The notes beneath the pieces were generated by a model. It ran no database searches and was not told the DNA's origin. It worked only from the letters and a program-made list of their open reading frames with translations. Position numbers and translations under genes: made by a program. DNA of 63,946 nt, counting the filler, from Reticulomyxa filosa (Eukaryota > Protista > Foraminifera): assembly GCA_000512085.1 (NCBI GenBank). It is 16 parts of 16 records of this genome, joined end to end, with 100 filler letters (N's around TTAATTAATTAA, not from the genome) between each part and the next. Parts side by side here need not be neighbours in the genome. Positions count along the whole stretch, not along the records: positions 32,449 to 47,604 come from ASPP01003235.1; positions 47,705 to 49,023 come from ASPP01025253.1; positions 49,124 to 50,177 come from ASPP01008724.1; 13 more parts are not named here. One strand, 5' to 3'. Below, one piece after another: positions 36,366 to 50,277 of the stretch (positions are counted from its first letter, which is position 1; each line of letters opens with the position of its first letter).

Positions 36366-38575
36366 ATGTTGTTTTTGATTCTTTGGTTTTTCTTTTTTGG
36401 TAGAGGTACTTCCACTTCCCCTTGTGGTTGTATATTGACAGCAGGTGAAATGTTGCTTTTAGTTTTTGTTGAATTGTAAAAAAAAGGCAGAAAGGGAACA
36501 AGGAATGAGTTTTTTTGGGGGGGATGAAATGAAAGTAAACACTACGCTATATGGAATTGATCTTCCGAGTGGAGAGATTCACACTATACGTGATGTCGGT
36601 GTTAGTGTGAAAAGTATGACTCTAGATCCAACTACTCAGAGAATGTGGTTAGTTGATACAGAGTTCAATTTGTACAATATGGATTTGTGTGGCTCTAAGT
36701 TGCTAACCCCAATTAATCATTATTTGGTCCTAAATGCCTATGCACTCGCCTATGACTATTCGTTGGACTGGTTGTTTTTTTTTGTTAGAGTTAAAAGTGG
36801 CAGTTGGCTTTGCAATGGTATTTTTGTGTGTATACGTGTGATGCACGAAAAGCAGTACATTTTGGAATAATGAGAGAGTTTATTGTATATGTGTGTAACT
36901 ATGGACATAATGAAATAATATGAAAACAATTGTTTTTGAAAGTAACCTTTTCAACAGCGGACTTAGTATTTATGCAATATCTCAATAGTAGTATTATTCA
37001 TGCGGCAGTTTATGATAGTGCAAAACAATCGCTGTTATATGTAGGGAACACTGGCCTCTTTTTGCAAAAATATAATTCTCCGTCGTCATCACTTGTGGAC
37101 ACTATTGGGATCTACAATGGAATTGATGTTCAAAGGTGTTTTTTTTTACGTATGTATGTGTAATAAAGTTTAAACAATATTTGCTACTTTTGTTGCAAAT
37201 CACAGATGCAATGGCACAACGGACTCAAACAAGTATGTGATGATGGCCACAGCTGACGAAGTCTTTGTATATGACATTGAATCAAAAAGCAATTCCACAT
37301 ACAAGGTCAAAGGCTTTCCGTCCAAAAAAATTTCGGGTCTTATCACGCTTGGTACTCCTTGTTGTAATATTTGTCGAAATTCATCCAACTTGCTTTATCG
37401 ATGTTTCGGTAGGGTTTTTTTTTTTTTTTTTCCCTTTCCTCTACCTGCGTTATCGTGTCTTCATTTTTTATTTTATTGTATTGTATTTATTATACGTACT
37501 TATTAAATTTGTTCCACTGGTTCATAATTGGTTCATAATTACTGTCAATCACAATCTGCCATAGGCACTGACACTGGTTCGCCCACGAGTCAACCAACAA
37601 CTCATTCTCCTTCCACCACTTTGGTGCCAACGCAAACACCCACAAGTAATCCCACTGCGCTCACTTCTTCGCTGACAACTTCGACCATGCAAGGTCGACA
37701 TCAGACCCTGGCTTGGGAAAAGCAAACAAGAGCAATGATTCATTCCAGTCGGTGATGCCGATAGGCGCTTTGGTTGGAATCGGGGCGGCTTGCCTCTTCT
37801 TCCTCATCTGCGTGGTGCTCTTCGTGCGCTACTCGAAGCGCAAAAAAAGAGTGCCTGGCAATTTTGTTCGAAACGAAATTGCATTGTCCAATGGAGACCC
37901 CCGGCGGCGCACTATTTCTTTACTTGAAAAAGATGATCCTCAAAATACTGGAAGCAAGGACAATGCCGTTATGAAAGGCACAAAAACTACACAGGGTCTA
38001 TCTGCGCTTGATAAGGGTACACAAGAAGTGGTTCAGGATATTATCACTGATGATTTTATCACGAGAGTTACGAGCGTTTAATTTGATTGAAGCGAAACCT
38101 TTTTTTTTAATGTTTGAACAAAAAATACAAAAATTAGGGTGATCTCGCTTCAGTGGCATTATCAGAGGCTCCAACATTGTCAAATAAAAACATACAAGAA
38201 GAAGGAGAGGGAAGGGGAGTAGAAGGTCAAAAATCGACATCAGGAAATGATGACAAAGATGAAGAAAACTCAACAGAGCTAAGGGGAGATGTGACAACAA
38301 CGGGTGATGATGAAGATTTACGTGAGTTTTTGAAAGAAATTGGTTTACAACAATATTATGATAAAATGTGCAAACGTGGATGGACATTAAATCGGTTATT
38401 AAATTCTCACGATGGGACGCCTAAATCTATTGAGCAATTTAAAACAAAAATGGGCCACGACTTTCAAATGTCTTTGCGAGAACGGATTCATTTGACTACG
38501 TCCATCAAAAATAAGAGATTACAACTCTATCAAGAGGGGTACAATACTAACGACGGTACCGCCACCCATACTTAA
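36366..38575 (+). CDS. Type I membrane protein: signal peptide, beta-propeller-like ectodomain, S/T stalk, TM, cytoplasmic SAM-like domain; multi-exon
   Basis: MLFLILWFFFFG; SMTLDPTTQRMWLVD, ALAYDYS and AAVYDSAKQSLLYV repeats; PTSQPT stalk; TM followed by RYSKRKKR; DLREFLKEIGLQQYYDKM...MSLRERIHL. Confidence 0.7.
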
Positions 38576-39030
38576 GGTGTGGTGATTGATTCATCGGTTG
38601 ATCCTATGAGTTTTTTTCTCTTATTTTCTCCTCACTGTAAAGTTTATAAATACAGTAACATTAGTTTATTTCATTCTCAATAAACGATAAACAATGTCGT
38701 AATGAGTCCAATGAGCAAAACAACTCAATCATATATTCTTCTGAGTAAAACAGCTCCAAAAAATTTTTGAGAAAAATCGCTTTTTTTTTAGAAATTACAT
38801 TGGAATTTGACAAGTTTCTTTGATAATGTGATAATCACAAATAAACGATAATTATGTCGACATTCATTTTATAACCCATTTTTTTTTTTTGAGGAGAGAA
38901 GTGTAGAAAAAAGATATGTACAAGGTTGTCAAATAAAAAGAATAAGAAATGTACTTTTAGGATACAATTAGAAAATTTTTTTAGAAGAAAAAAAAAAATT
39001 TTTGTGACATGATTAATGATGTAAAGCAAA

Positions 39031-40631
39031 TTATGAATGTAGAGGTATATTTGTATCTTGTTCAGTCTTTTGGGTCGGATCATTATCATGAGGTTGTGGA
39101 TCCATGATCTCCAGATCGGTTTGTAAAGATGCATGGACATCATTATGTTCTGGAGATTGTTCTTTATGACTATCTTCATCGTCAATGGTGTGAAGTTTCT
39201 CCTTGGGTTCCGGTGGAGTGAGCATTTTCGTCATATCACGAATATGTGAAGAGTGACGGCGTCTGTGTGCCTCCGCACGTAATCCACCTTGCAATAATTG
39301 GAACAAGGGCAGCATCCGTACACAGTTTTGACGAATAGCTTGCCACAGTAAAAATGTTTGATACAAACACCAAACCGATAAAATCAAACTCAGTACACGA
39401 AAGTCCTCCGTAAATGAATAAAACAATGTTATCAGAGTCATAAAACCATTTGGATAAATCAATATCCTTGCAACATTCAGAAAATCGCGTTTGTACGTTA
39501 ATATGCTATGTGTGTGTTTGTTGTGGTTGTTATTGTCAGTTAATTGGTTCATTCTTCAGTGCTCAACACATATGTACAACTCAAACAATAAACCCCCTTT
39601 TTTTTTTTTTTTTTTGAGTAACAAATGTAAACCTGGCCAACAAGCGTGCGGCCTTCATCGAGTACACTGGAATAACACAATTAAATACAAAAATATCCAA
39701 ATTAACAATCCAAACAGAATTCAATACATTTACCCCCCAATGTTTCGACATCGGATATTGTATCGTTCTTTGAAAACTCCCTTTGGCATGTTATTAAAAA
39801 ACAACACATACTCTACGCTGTCATTAACAGAAAAGCGGTAATGTAACATTACATATAAATAAATAAATGAATATATATTCGACAAGCAATACCTGCCATC
39901 AGAGCAAGTACAACAAACACAATGACAAGAACCAAATGAATTAACGTGCCAACAAATAATGACGCCAGTAAGTGGTGCCAATTTTTGAAGTCATAGCCAT
40001 ATCCCATTATTCCATAAGGCCATATTATGCATCGATGCAATTGTCCATTTGCCTTGTTTCACAGCACATAGTTTATATAAACAGATAAATAAATATATGT
40101 ATGTATATAAATATTTTTTTTTTTTTTTATATAGTAACATATGGCGCTTTTGCACTTATTTTGAAAGCATGATTTGACTATTTATTTGCATTTATTTGTT
40201 GAAGTAGTTTAGCTAAACGAGATCGATCGCCCACATAGTGAGGACTGCATGGATGAACACTGAAAATAACATTATTACGCACAATGCCAAGGAGTGCAAC
40301 AGAAAATAGCCTGGCTCTTCGTAGTGTAGCACTGCCCAAAGCAATTCGCAAACAATATATAAGGGCAATGTTATGTGGACATATGTGGGAATGCCAAACA
40401 TCGCCTTAGTTTGCCATGTCTTCTCAAGTATTGCTATTCCTAATGGTACTATCGGCTGATATATGTTGGCTGAGTTTTTTATCACTCGGGAAAAATCTGA
40501 ATCTGTTCAAACATTGTTTTGTTCACAAGTCAACACAATTCTTTTTTGTCCTTTGAGTTCAAACGAATCAAACCTTGTCGAATAAACTTTATATCGTCGT
40601 CATTAGTATCTGATTTAACAGGTCCAAGCAT
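39031..40631 (-). CDS. Multi-pass membrane protein of unknown function, multi-exon
   Basis: Several hydrophobic ORFs (40485-40213, about 40040-39730, 39552-39031) separated by GT-AG AT-rich introns. Confidence 0.6.
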
Positions 40632-41019
40632 TGCTATATTGGATTGTTCTACTTTCGATGGAATAATATTTTATAATAGATTCACATCAAAAAAATCTTT
40701 GTTTTCCACAGAACGGCCCCGCACAGACTGATTGAATAGTCTTATTTTAGATTATTATTTTATTCACAATTTTTTTGTACAAAAAAAACTCAAATCTTAT
40801 CAGATTATTAATGTTTTTTGTATTTAATTATGATAATTGTAAAGTCTCCATCGATCTTCTTTGATCAAAATCAAAAAATGGTCTATGTTTGCAGGTAGAG
40901 GTTTTGTTTTGTTTTTCTTGTCAGCACTGTCTTGAATAAGAAAAAGTCCTTGTTTACTTATGCAATTACTGTCATCGACCATATCCTTCACGTAGACTAT
41001 TTTCCGGCTCAGATTGTTG

Positions 41020-42550
41020 CTAAAGTGTACGTAATTTCCACGATGTCACATCAACCAACCAAACAACAACAGCAAATATGCAATTTAGGTTTAACTTGCA
41101 TTCACCCCATATAAAAACATGCAACAAAAAAATGCGACTAAACTGGTAGCGACATTGCATATGCCTGGGGTGGATCATTAGTTCCTTCCATTTGCTGTGC
41201 CATATCAACAGGATAATAGCCAACATTGTGCTGTGATGCTTGCTGCTGTGGGTAATATCCTTGATTTGTTCCATTTGCATACATTGCCAAAGCACCTTTG
41301 ATCATCAAACAAGCAAAAAAAAAAAACAAAAAACAAACGCATACGTATACGTACAAACAATTAAAGTTGAGCGGATAAAAGGGATAGCTCCGGGAAATGA
41401 ATACATAAAAAGAGATAGAATAAATTAATAACCAGGTTGAATATTGTCTCCAACAGGTCGAGTCGCTAAAATCCTCCGTCTGAACTGAATTCTTTGTCGG
41501 ATACAAAAGAAGTAACATCCCAACATATTATGTACACAATAAACCAGCCATTAAAATAATATAGCGTCGGAAGGTATGAGAAAATCAGTAATCCGAGAAT
41601 GCAGTCTCGAAACACCCATTGTATCAGTTTCAGCCATGTCATGATCGATAACTTTCCTTCTTCATATGCCTTTTCAATATCTCGACAGTGGTCTGATTCG
41701 GGTCCATGGTTTGTCATTGGGCCAAGTCCAAAGAGGGATTGAAATTTTTTTTTTTGACAAAAAAAAATTTTCAAAGTTATTTCATTCGATCATAGTTTCA
41801 AAAAAAAAAAAAAAGCAAAAAAACTTTGGCCAAAGAGTTTCAAAATCAAAAGTGTCCATGAATCGGTAAGATGGCGGATGCACTTTTTGTCCACAGTGTC
41901 GTTTGGTCCAGCATTGAAACAACATTCGCAATTGCATATTGCCGCAATCTTTAGAGATTGTACGTGTATATGCAAGGCATATGTATACAGACTTGAGCAC
42001 ACCCTTTTTTTTCCCCCTTCTCTTCCTTTTGTTTTTGTTCAGGTTCATTTGGAATTCAGTTTATGTTTACTAAACTGTGATTAACAATTTGGCGCACTCC
42101 ACCACCATCGCAATTGCGAAAATGAATCCATATGAACCATACAGGTATAAGTATGCTCTTGCAGGTATACATTCACAGTTTTCAATCGAACAATCACCAC
42201 TATTACACCATTTATCGCCTTTTGTTTGTTATTTGTTTAAATTTTTGAGCCACAAATCAACATGTGATATTATTATTATCACTTTTTGTTTTGTTCGACA
42301 AACCCCCATTTCCGGATGCAATAAAGTTCACTCGACAGTATTTGTCTCCATCACACCCGCCCACGCTGACACATTGAACAGATGAACTGTTGCTGTGGGA
42401 ATAGTATTCGTGATCATCTTTACATATTGGTTTTTGCGAGTTGTACTCATAAGCCGCTATATTAAACCAAATAAATAAACAAATCATAATGCCTATGTCA
42501 AACACTACTGGCCAGTACAGCGTTCGCTTGCCGAGCCGTTGTGCTTCCAT
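41020..42550 (-). CDS. Membrane protein with Cys-containing loop and Q/P/Y-rich tail, multi-exon, unknown function
   Basis: TM segments in 42550-42257 and 41774-41466; tail YYPQQQASQH; 3' end uncertain. Confidence 0.5.
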
Positions 42551-44527
42551 GTCAATACTTGCAAAATATCAGCAAAAAAGATATAAACAATCTAATCCAA
42601 GCAATAATTTAATTGATATCGATATAATAAGCCTTTTTTTAAGAATACAAAATTTCTCGTTCATTTCTTGTGGGCGCAGAGTTTTTACGTCCAAATTCGT
42701 TAAAAAATTTAAATAAACCTTTTTGCAGCAGATACATAGTTGTAATCTTAAAATTTCTTGCGTTGTGACAAATTTTTCAATATTTTTTCCTTCTAAGGGA
42801 ACTGCGTGGTCAGATTGTATTGCATTTTGTTTATTTTCATATTTTTTTGTTTACAATTATGAATATTATATTTATCAAAAAAAGGTATAAAGTGTACAAA
42901 ATTTTAGTGTACATATATAAAATCAAATATAATATATTTATTAACTAGTGAGAGCAAAAGTATCTTAGCTATAGCAAATTTCTTAGTGTTTGTTATAGTC
43001 TCTGGCATGTGGAAACAAAAAAAATGACAAATCTTTGTATTGCAGCTATTTGTCAATATTAATATATTATAACTAGCTTCCAAACAATTTTTATAATGGA
43101 CAAAAGGATTTAGTTGTGTTAATGTTTTGTGAAAAAGATATTCAAAACTAGAAATGTATTTCATAAAAATTTCAAAAAAAAAAAAAAGTGTGATTCATGT
43201 AAGATAAAAATGATATATGTTTGCTATTTTTATGTAGACTGTCAATTATGATTAATAAAAACAAATATAAATATGATGCAGTTGACATTGGCAACAATTT
43301 GTTCTATTATATATAATAAACATAATTCTGAAATACTTATACATAATAATTACATGAACCACACTTTTTATTTTTATAAAATTTTTTTGCAGTTTATAAT
43401 TAAAAAATTATTATAAAAGATTGACCGCACGTGGAATTAAATATATGGAAATTTATGCTGAACAAACTTGAGAAATAATTGTAAAAATCGTTTTAATCAT
43501 GTTCGAGTTAACATTAAGAGCAACACATAGACATAACGTAGAATGTTTTTTGTTTGATCAAATCTCCCAAGATATTTTTCAGAAATTTGAGTTAACATTT
43601 TTATTATTTAATCTAAAACATGGATTTAAATCTAATCCAAATTGCACCAACATTTTGCTGATTTTGTTTGGAGGTAAATGAGTGTGTAACCTGTTCAGCC
43701 TTTTTGATATCTGATTGTTCAACAAAACCGAGTCGAACACTTATTTACTTAAATTTTCTCTTGTTTGGAGAATTGTTATCATTCCATAAACGTAAAGGTG
43801 AGTTAAACATTTTCATATTTCTTCTTTAATATTTGTGCAACATGTTTAAATTTTTTCTGGAAGACATCCAAACTTTGGCAGCCCAAGACAAATAACAAGA
43901 AAAAACAAATCTAACATCTAACGAAAGAGCGAACAAGAAAAACATAGAATCACCAAAAATGAAAAAAGAAAACCAGAAAAACAAACATATGTAGGTTGTC
44001 TCATAAACATCACAAGAAGATCACAAATTTTGTGAGTAGACAGAAGATACAACACAAAAAAAAAAGAAAAAAAACCAAAACAAAACAAAAGTAACAATGA
44101 TCAAAAATTTTTTGGTAGCAGTTCATATGTGTAACAGTATCCATTCACAAACAAAACAGAGGACAAAAGCGGAGGAAGAGTGGTGAAGAAGAAATAAAGA
44201 TTAACAAGCAAGCAAACAAAAGAAATGAATATATAGATTGCCGCAGACATAGAAAAACCGTTTATTCACAACACAACTCCTCATTCTGACCAAAAGAGAT
44301 AGTACTATATTTTCTCACCGATGGAAGTTGTGAAGTTTGGAAATAATTGAGCCCCTTGTTATACACGCGCCCATTTTTTTCTTCGACCATTTGTCCATTC
44401 TTCTCATCCGCCCAACATTGCCGCTCTTTCCTCACATATGAAAGATTACATGAAATTGGCAAAAAAAAAAAAAAGCAATATAATGAATCGTTTTCTTTCT
44501 TCTATTGCTCCTTTTGGTTGTCTGTTG

Positions 44528-47010
44528 TTACGAAAATCGAAGTAGTTGTTGCAACGCACGCGCCCAAAGGCGACAATCTTTTTCGCTTGAGCACTCCAAA
44601 CAAATGTGTTTTCGCTTCAACTTAATAGACTGAAACACATAGAGGTGCACAACCATTAAGCAGCAATTCCTTTGGCAATCGGACAATAAAATATGTTTAT
44701 TCCCTGGCAAAATATTTTCAACCCAATCCATAGGAAAATGCTCAAGAACTTGACCATTTTCGTTTTCAATAATCACCCAGATACGCCAACGGTCGTTATT
44801 CCCGGCGGCATCTTCATTGGTGGTTTTGGATTGAAGATTTGGTTCGTGTGAATGAGACGAAGCAGGGTCTGTGCTAGATTTATTTTCCAATTCAATCTTT
44901 CTTTTTTTGAGATGTTTTGCAATTAGCTTTTCTTCTCTCTCTTCTTTTTCCCGTTTCTTTTGTATGGCCGGATCTTTTTTATCTCCGGGATTATTGCCAT
45001 TGGATTTATGAAATTTACGAGGCAGCAATTCGATACGTATATTTACGTCGTGGATAATGTGTTTTTTGGGATACTTCTTATCTCGGTTGCCACGGCCATT
45101 GGCATCAACGACAGCAGTTAACACGTGCTGTTTCATTAACGTTCCACTCGTCAGAAAACGCAATTCCTGGGAAACTACTGTGTGAAATTCTCCCATGTAT
45201 TCAATGGCCAACGGTAAGCATTTGTCCATTATCGCATGTTCGAATAATATCCAATCGGATTGCATCGTGTCGGCATCCTTTCCGCCCAAGTGCAAGGAAT
45301 TAATAACAGTTTTGAGGACATGATATCCGTCAGCATTGGTTAAATCACGCCAAGTGCGTTTATCAGCGTCTATATAATGAATAGGAGTAAACACATGTAT
45401 ACGTATATACATATATATACACACACACACACACACCAAAATAGAGAGTATCAATACCGAGCATATTGGAAATAATCTTTAAGTAATGGCCAATCAAAAC
45501 GACACGCTTGTCCTGTGTGGCCGAGTATTGAATAAGACGTGAGGCGTCAATGATGGAAAACACGCCATTTTGATTGACCAAAAAAGATGCGGATTTGTGA
45601 TACATGGACAGCTTCCACATGATCACGACGGTTTGCATGAGCAGCTGCATGACTTTTTCTTTGCGAATGCTTCGTGCCCACAAGGCTTGGGTGACGGATA
45701 CATCACCACTGTTGACATAGCGAAGCCAGTGAATCAGTGTAGTGAGTAGCCAGAATAAGAACCGTCCGTGTTTGAATGCGCATTCGGTTGTGTACGACTT
45801 TTCATTTGCTTGCATTTTTGTCGAGTTTTCGTTGGCAGTGTTCCTCTTTTTCTCCTTTTCGTTTGTGTCTTGGTCTTTGTTCGCTTTGTTTCTTGTTGAA
45901 TGACGGGTATGTCCTCCCTCTCCATTGCCATCCTGCTGTTGGGACATATCTTGCTTTGGCTTGAAACGACGGTCCGCGTCCACTAGAATATCAATCATTT
46001 CCAAATATTCACGGAGCACCTCCAAATGATTATACAATATATTGACAAACATGGATGGCGAAACTATATTGGGGATGGCCGTCTTTTCTTCCATCGATTC
46101 GTATGGGATGTGATTCGGATCGTTTTTGGCAATGCCAAGGGATGCAAAGTGAATGGATAGATCCATCAATTTATCTATCATTGCTTGAAACACATTGAAG
46201 CGATCGAGCAATTGATAAATTTGGATTTGCCTAAACAATTGCGCGTCCACTTCGGTTTCGATTTCTATCTCCACGTCCTTCCAACTGTTTCGATCCTTGT
46301 CTCTTTCGTCTTCCTTTGTTGTCTGCATGTTTGTCATGCCAAACACATATCCGTGTACTTGACCATTTGTCACTGTCACTGGCTTCTTTCGTGTGCCATT
46401 GGCCTTTTCGACTTTGTCGCCCCGTTTTTGGGTCAGATACGTTTTCCATAGTTGGGGTTGGATCTTTTTACACAAACGGACGCCCAATGGGATTAGCATA
46501 ATATTTTCAGGGGATTTCATCACGTATATCATTTGATGGATCATTCCGCTCTGCAGCAAAATCGATTGGTAATTGTATTGCAATTTCTCGTCAATGAGAA
46601 CATCCTCTTTTGGCATGTGCGGAAGCCCTTGCAAAATATCCTCCGCATTCCAATCTTTGACTCCGTTATTGTGCAAATGTTTTCGTTCTTGTTGCTGTTG
46701 CTGTTGTTGTTGCTTGGATATACTCGACGACACTTCGGCATGCAATGTTGTGATCAGTATATTCAACAACTTGAAGCACATTTTCATCAGCGCATGTCCG
46801 TCGGTACAGTATTGCATCACGTCATAGAGATGCACATACATCTGATGGTTCATAAATGACACAATGTTAGTTGTATCTCGCATCATGTTGCCAATGCATC
46901 CCAGAGAAGACTGCTGAATATTCAATATCGTAACGTCGTCGATATTGCTCCATTCTTGCTGACTCCATGTCTCGGCCTTGATAGTCCGTGTCGGCTTATG
47001 TTTTGCATCG

Positions 47011-47042
<32 letters not shown>

Positions 47043-47604
47043 GTTGTTATTGTGCATTGTTCCTTCTGTCCATTGAACATTCTTTTTGTGCTTCAAACAA
47101 TAAAAGCGCAAGTACTCTTTCATAATGCTCATCAAAAACTCGGCGACTTTATGCTGCTGCCACAAAAGTCGACTGGTGGTACGGTCGTTGCTCAGGTTAC
47201 ATAACGCCACGCAGGCTCGTTTGACGATATCGCCTTTGTACAGGTTGTTATGGATGACAGACTTGACGTCGGTCACCGCGTTGATTCGGATCAACGAAGG
47301 GATATTCGCCGGAACAGAGGCCAAATTCGCTATACAGGTCAAGGCACTGGATATTATGCGCTCGTCCATCGTCGTGTTGCATTCACGACGTCGCAATGTG
47401 AATACGCAGATTTTGCCACCTCCATACGAGCATATCAATTTGCGGTTGTTATTGTTGTTCTCATCGTTCATATCCGAGTGCATGCAGCTTATCAAAATAT
47501 TAAAACAATGGATGCATAATTCATCGGCATTGCTATACCGATGCAGCATCGTAAGCATCAATTGTATTCCTTTTAATATGTACATATATATATATATGTA
47601 TATG
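44528..47604 (-). CDS. Armadillo-repeat protein with C-terminal PH-like domain, 5' truncated
   Basis: ARM-type helices (SALTCIANLA, RACVALCNLS, SSLGCIGNM, TVVIMWKLS); C-terminal GTLMKQH...ICLECSSEKDCRLWARALQQL. Confidence 0.65.
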
Positions 47605-47704
47605 NNNNNNNNNNNNNNNNNNNNNNNNNNNNNNNNNNNNNNNNNNNNTTAATTAATTAANNNNNNNNNNNNNNNNNNNNNNNNNNNNNNNNNNNNNNNN
47701 NNNN

Positions 47705-48064
47705 TCGTCGTCGTCGTCGTCATCTTTGTCGTCGGAAGGAAACTTAAAAGATACCATTGATGAAATGGCCAAGTCAATCGATTACTTGATTAGTGGAGGA
47801 GTCCCTTTTACTCAACAAATGAAAGATGTTGTACTCTCTGCTTCGAGTGACACTTCCACTTCTTTGATCAAATCTTCTGTTCCATCTCTCTTAATCAACT
47901 CCATTCACCAGGGATGTCATAATTGGATACTCAAACGCTTAACCGTCGCTCAAATACAACCTTTGTTTGCTCATGTCATCCCGAAATCCAGGGATGAAGA
48001 CAATCCTTGGTCGGAAATACCATTGGACTTAATCAAATTGATTCTAGCATTTGCTACTTTGTGA
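47705..48064 (+). CDS. 3' end of an unknown gene with a terminal F-box/SOCS-like helix
   Basis: Open frame from the contig start, ending WSEIPLDLIKLILAF. Confidence 0.45.
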   Translation, partial: SSSSSSSLSSEGNLKDTIDEMAKSIDYLISGGVPFTQQMKDVVLSASSDTSTSLIKSSVPSLLINSIHQGCHNWILKRLTVAQIQPLFAHVIPKSRDEDNPWSEIPLDLIKLILAFATL

Positions 48065-49333
48065 TCAATATAAAAAAAAATAAAAATGGGTTCAAAGATC
48101 TATAACAACATTTGTTTTGCCACGAACGTTATTTAACATTTGTTGTTGTACGTGAAATATACGAATCTGGGCTTTCGTTTTGTTTTCTTTTGAAATTTCA
48201 GTCGGGTTAATCTTTGGGTATGTTGACCAGGTAATACAAATTTCTGCACAAAAGGTAGATTTTTTGTTCATTCTTGTACTTGAAATTTACGGGTGGTGCA
48301 TTTTTCTCATTTTTGTAATTTGAACTTGGTTACTCAACATTGCTGTAGAGTCTTGATTGACTTTAAACATTTCCTTTTTAATATTCCAAAATTTTCTTCT
48401 TAAGTATATTTCAAAGGAATGTGATATGTTGAAAAATATTGCTCTAGCTGTTTTCATATTGGTTTTAAAAATTTTTTGCGTGGATACTTGCTTTTAATAT
48501 TTGTTGTATTTCACAAGAAATGAGACTGTTCACATTTTAATCCTTTTCATGGAACATATGACAAATAATACATTTCCATTTCAAAAATATTAAAAATAAT
48601 TCATTCGGTTTGGGTATTGTTACATTTAATTTCATTTAATTTTATATAAAGTTGACAAAAAAATTAACATTGTTCATTGACACTAAATTTTGCCAAAAAT
48701 CAAAAATCAGAACAAGTTGTATACATATTTTTAAAAATACTTTTCTTTGAATAAATTTCATTGTAAGAAAAAACTCAGATAAAAATATTGTCGGATCCTT
48801 AAGCCATTTTTATTATAATTTTCAGAACATAAAAAAAAGTAAATTGAGGGTTTAGAAGTCTAAGTAAAAAAATGAAAAATGTGATAATCAAGTAAATACT
48901 AATTTTATGAAAATTTAGCATGATATTGTTTCTGATTTTTGATCGATTTCATCTTCAATTGTTTTATGCTTCTTTTTGGCGTCTTTTCAAAGAATCTAAA
49001 ATCAAAATACAGTAAGATAAAAANNNNNNNNNNNNNNNNNNNNNNNNNNNNNNNNNNNNNNNNNNNNTTAATTAATTAANNNNNNNNNNNNNNNNNNNNN
49101 NNNNNNNNNNNNNNNNNNNNNNNAAAAAAAAAAAAGAAAAGCCTATCTACAATTCACAGACAACAGCGACGACAAAACAAGTCAAAAAAAAAAAAAAATA
49201 AGAAAAGAAAAGAAAAAGATGGAGAAAAAAAACAAACAAACACAAATGACTATTTCCCATCAAGTAAGACATATCTGTTCGGAAAGATGGGGAGGAGGTG
49301 GGGTGTATGAATGGAAAAATTGTTTTTTTTTTT

Positions 49334-50177
49334 TTACAATGAGTCGTTTTTTGTTTCTGTCAAGGCAAAGACAGGAGCTTGAGGCGGATTTTCAGTAGTG
49401 GTGATTCTTCCGGTCAGAATGCCTTGAACATCAATAAAGACGGATTTGACGCTTTCCAAGTCGTAGGCACACATGATGCGAATGAAGAGAAGCCTGGATG
49501 CGGCGGCTTTGGCCGTGGGTTGGTGATTGGATTTGGAGAGACGTTCCAAGGAACGTTGAAATTCCTGATAAAACTTGGTTTGAATAAAATGGACATTGGC
49601 ACTGAGATCTTGGTCGTCGCCCGTAAAATCTTGTGTCACCGAGTGTTCTTTGAGCTTTTTGCCTTGCTTCAGTTTACCATGCAACAAGTCCTTTTTGTTC
49701 AAAATCAAAATCATGTGTTGATGCACAAAGAATTCGGAATTGCAGATTTCACCAAATAAACTGATCGAATCCTCCAAACTATTTGTTGTTTCATCATCAT
49801 ACATTGGCTCATCAAAACTACTCAATGAGGCTACAAATACTACTGCACTTACATTCTCAAATTGATGAAACCACTTGCGACGCTCATTCCTCTGTCCACC
49901 CACGTCAAACACTTGAAACCATGTCTCGTTTATACATAGCTCTTGCTCCACTAATCCCGTTGTTGGTCTTCTTTGATAAAGAATATCTATCCAATTATAT
50001 GCATGTATATACATATATATAAATAAATATATATATATGTATATATATATAATTGCTTATTTGGTTTTTTTTTTTTTTTTTTTTTTGAGTTTTTACCCAA
50101 AATCTGTTGGCACATAGTCATCGCTTCCAATTCTGTCAATGTCATTTAGAAAATGTGAGCACGAGTGAAACAACCGC
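49334..50177 (-). CDS. Heterotrimeric G protein alpha subunit, 3' part
   Basis: YVPTD / DILYQRRPTTG (G2), FDVGGQRNERRKW (G3), LILNKKD (G4), MCAYD (G5). Confidence 0.96.
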
Positions 50178-50277
50178 NNNNNNNNNNNNNNNNNNNNNNN
50201 NNNNNNNNNNNNNNNNNNNNNTTAATTAATTAANNNNNNNNNNNNNNNNNNNNNNNNNNNNNNNNNNNNNNNNNNNN

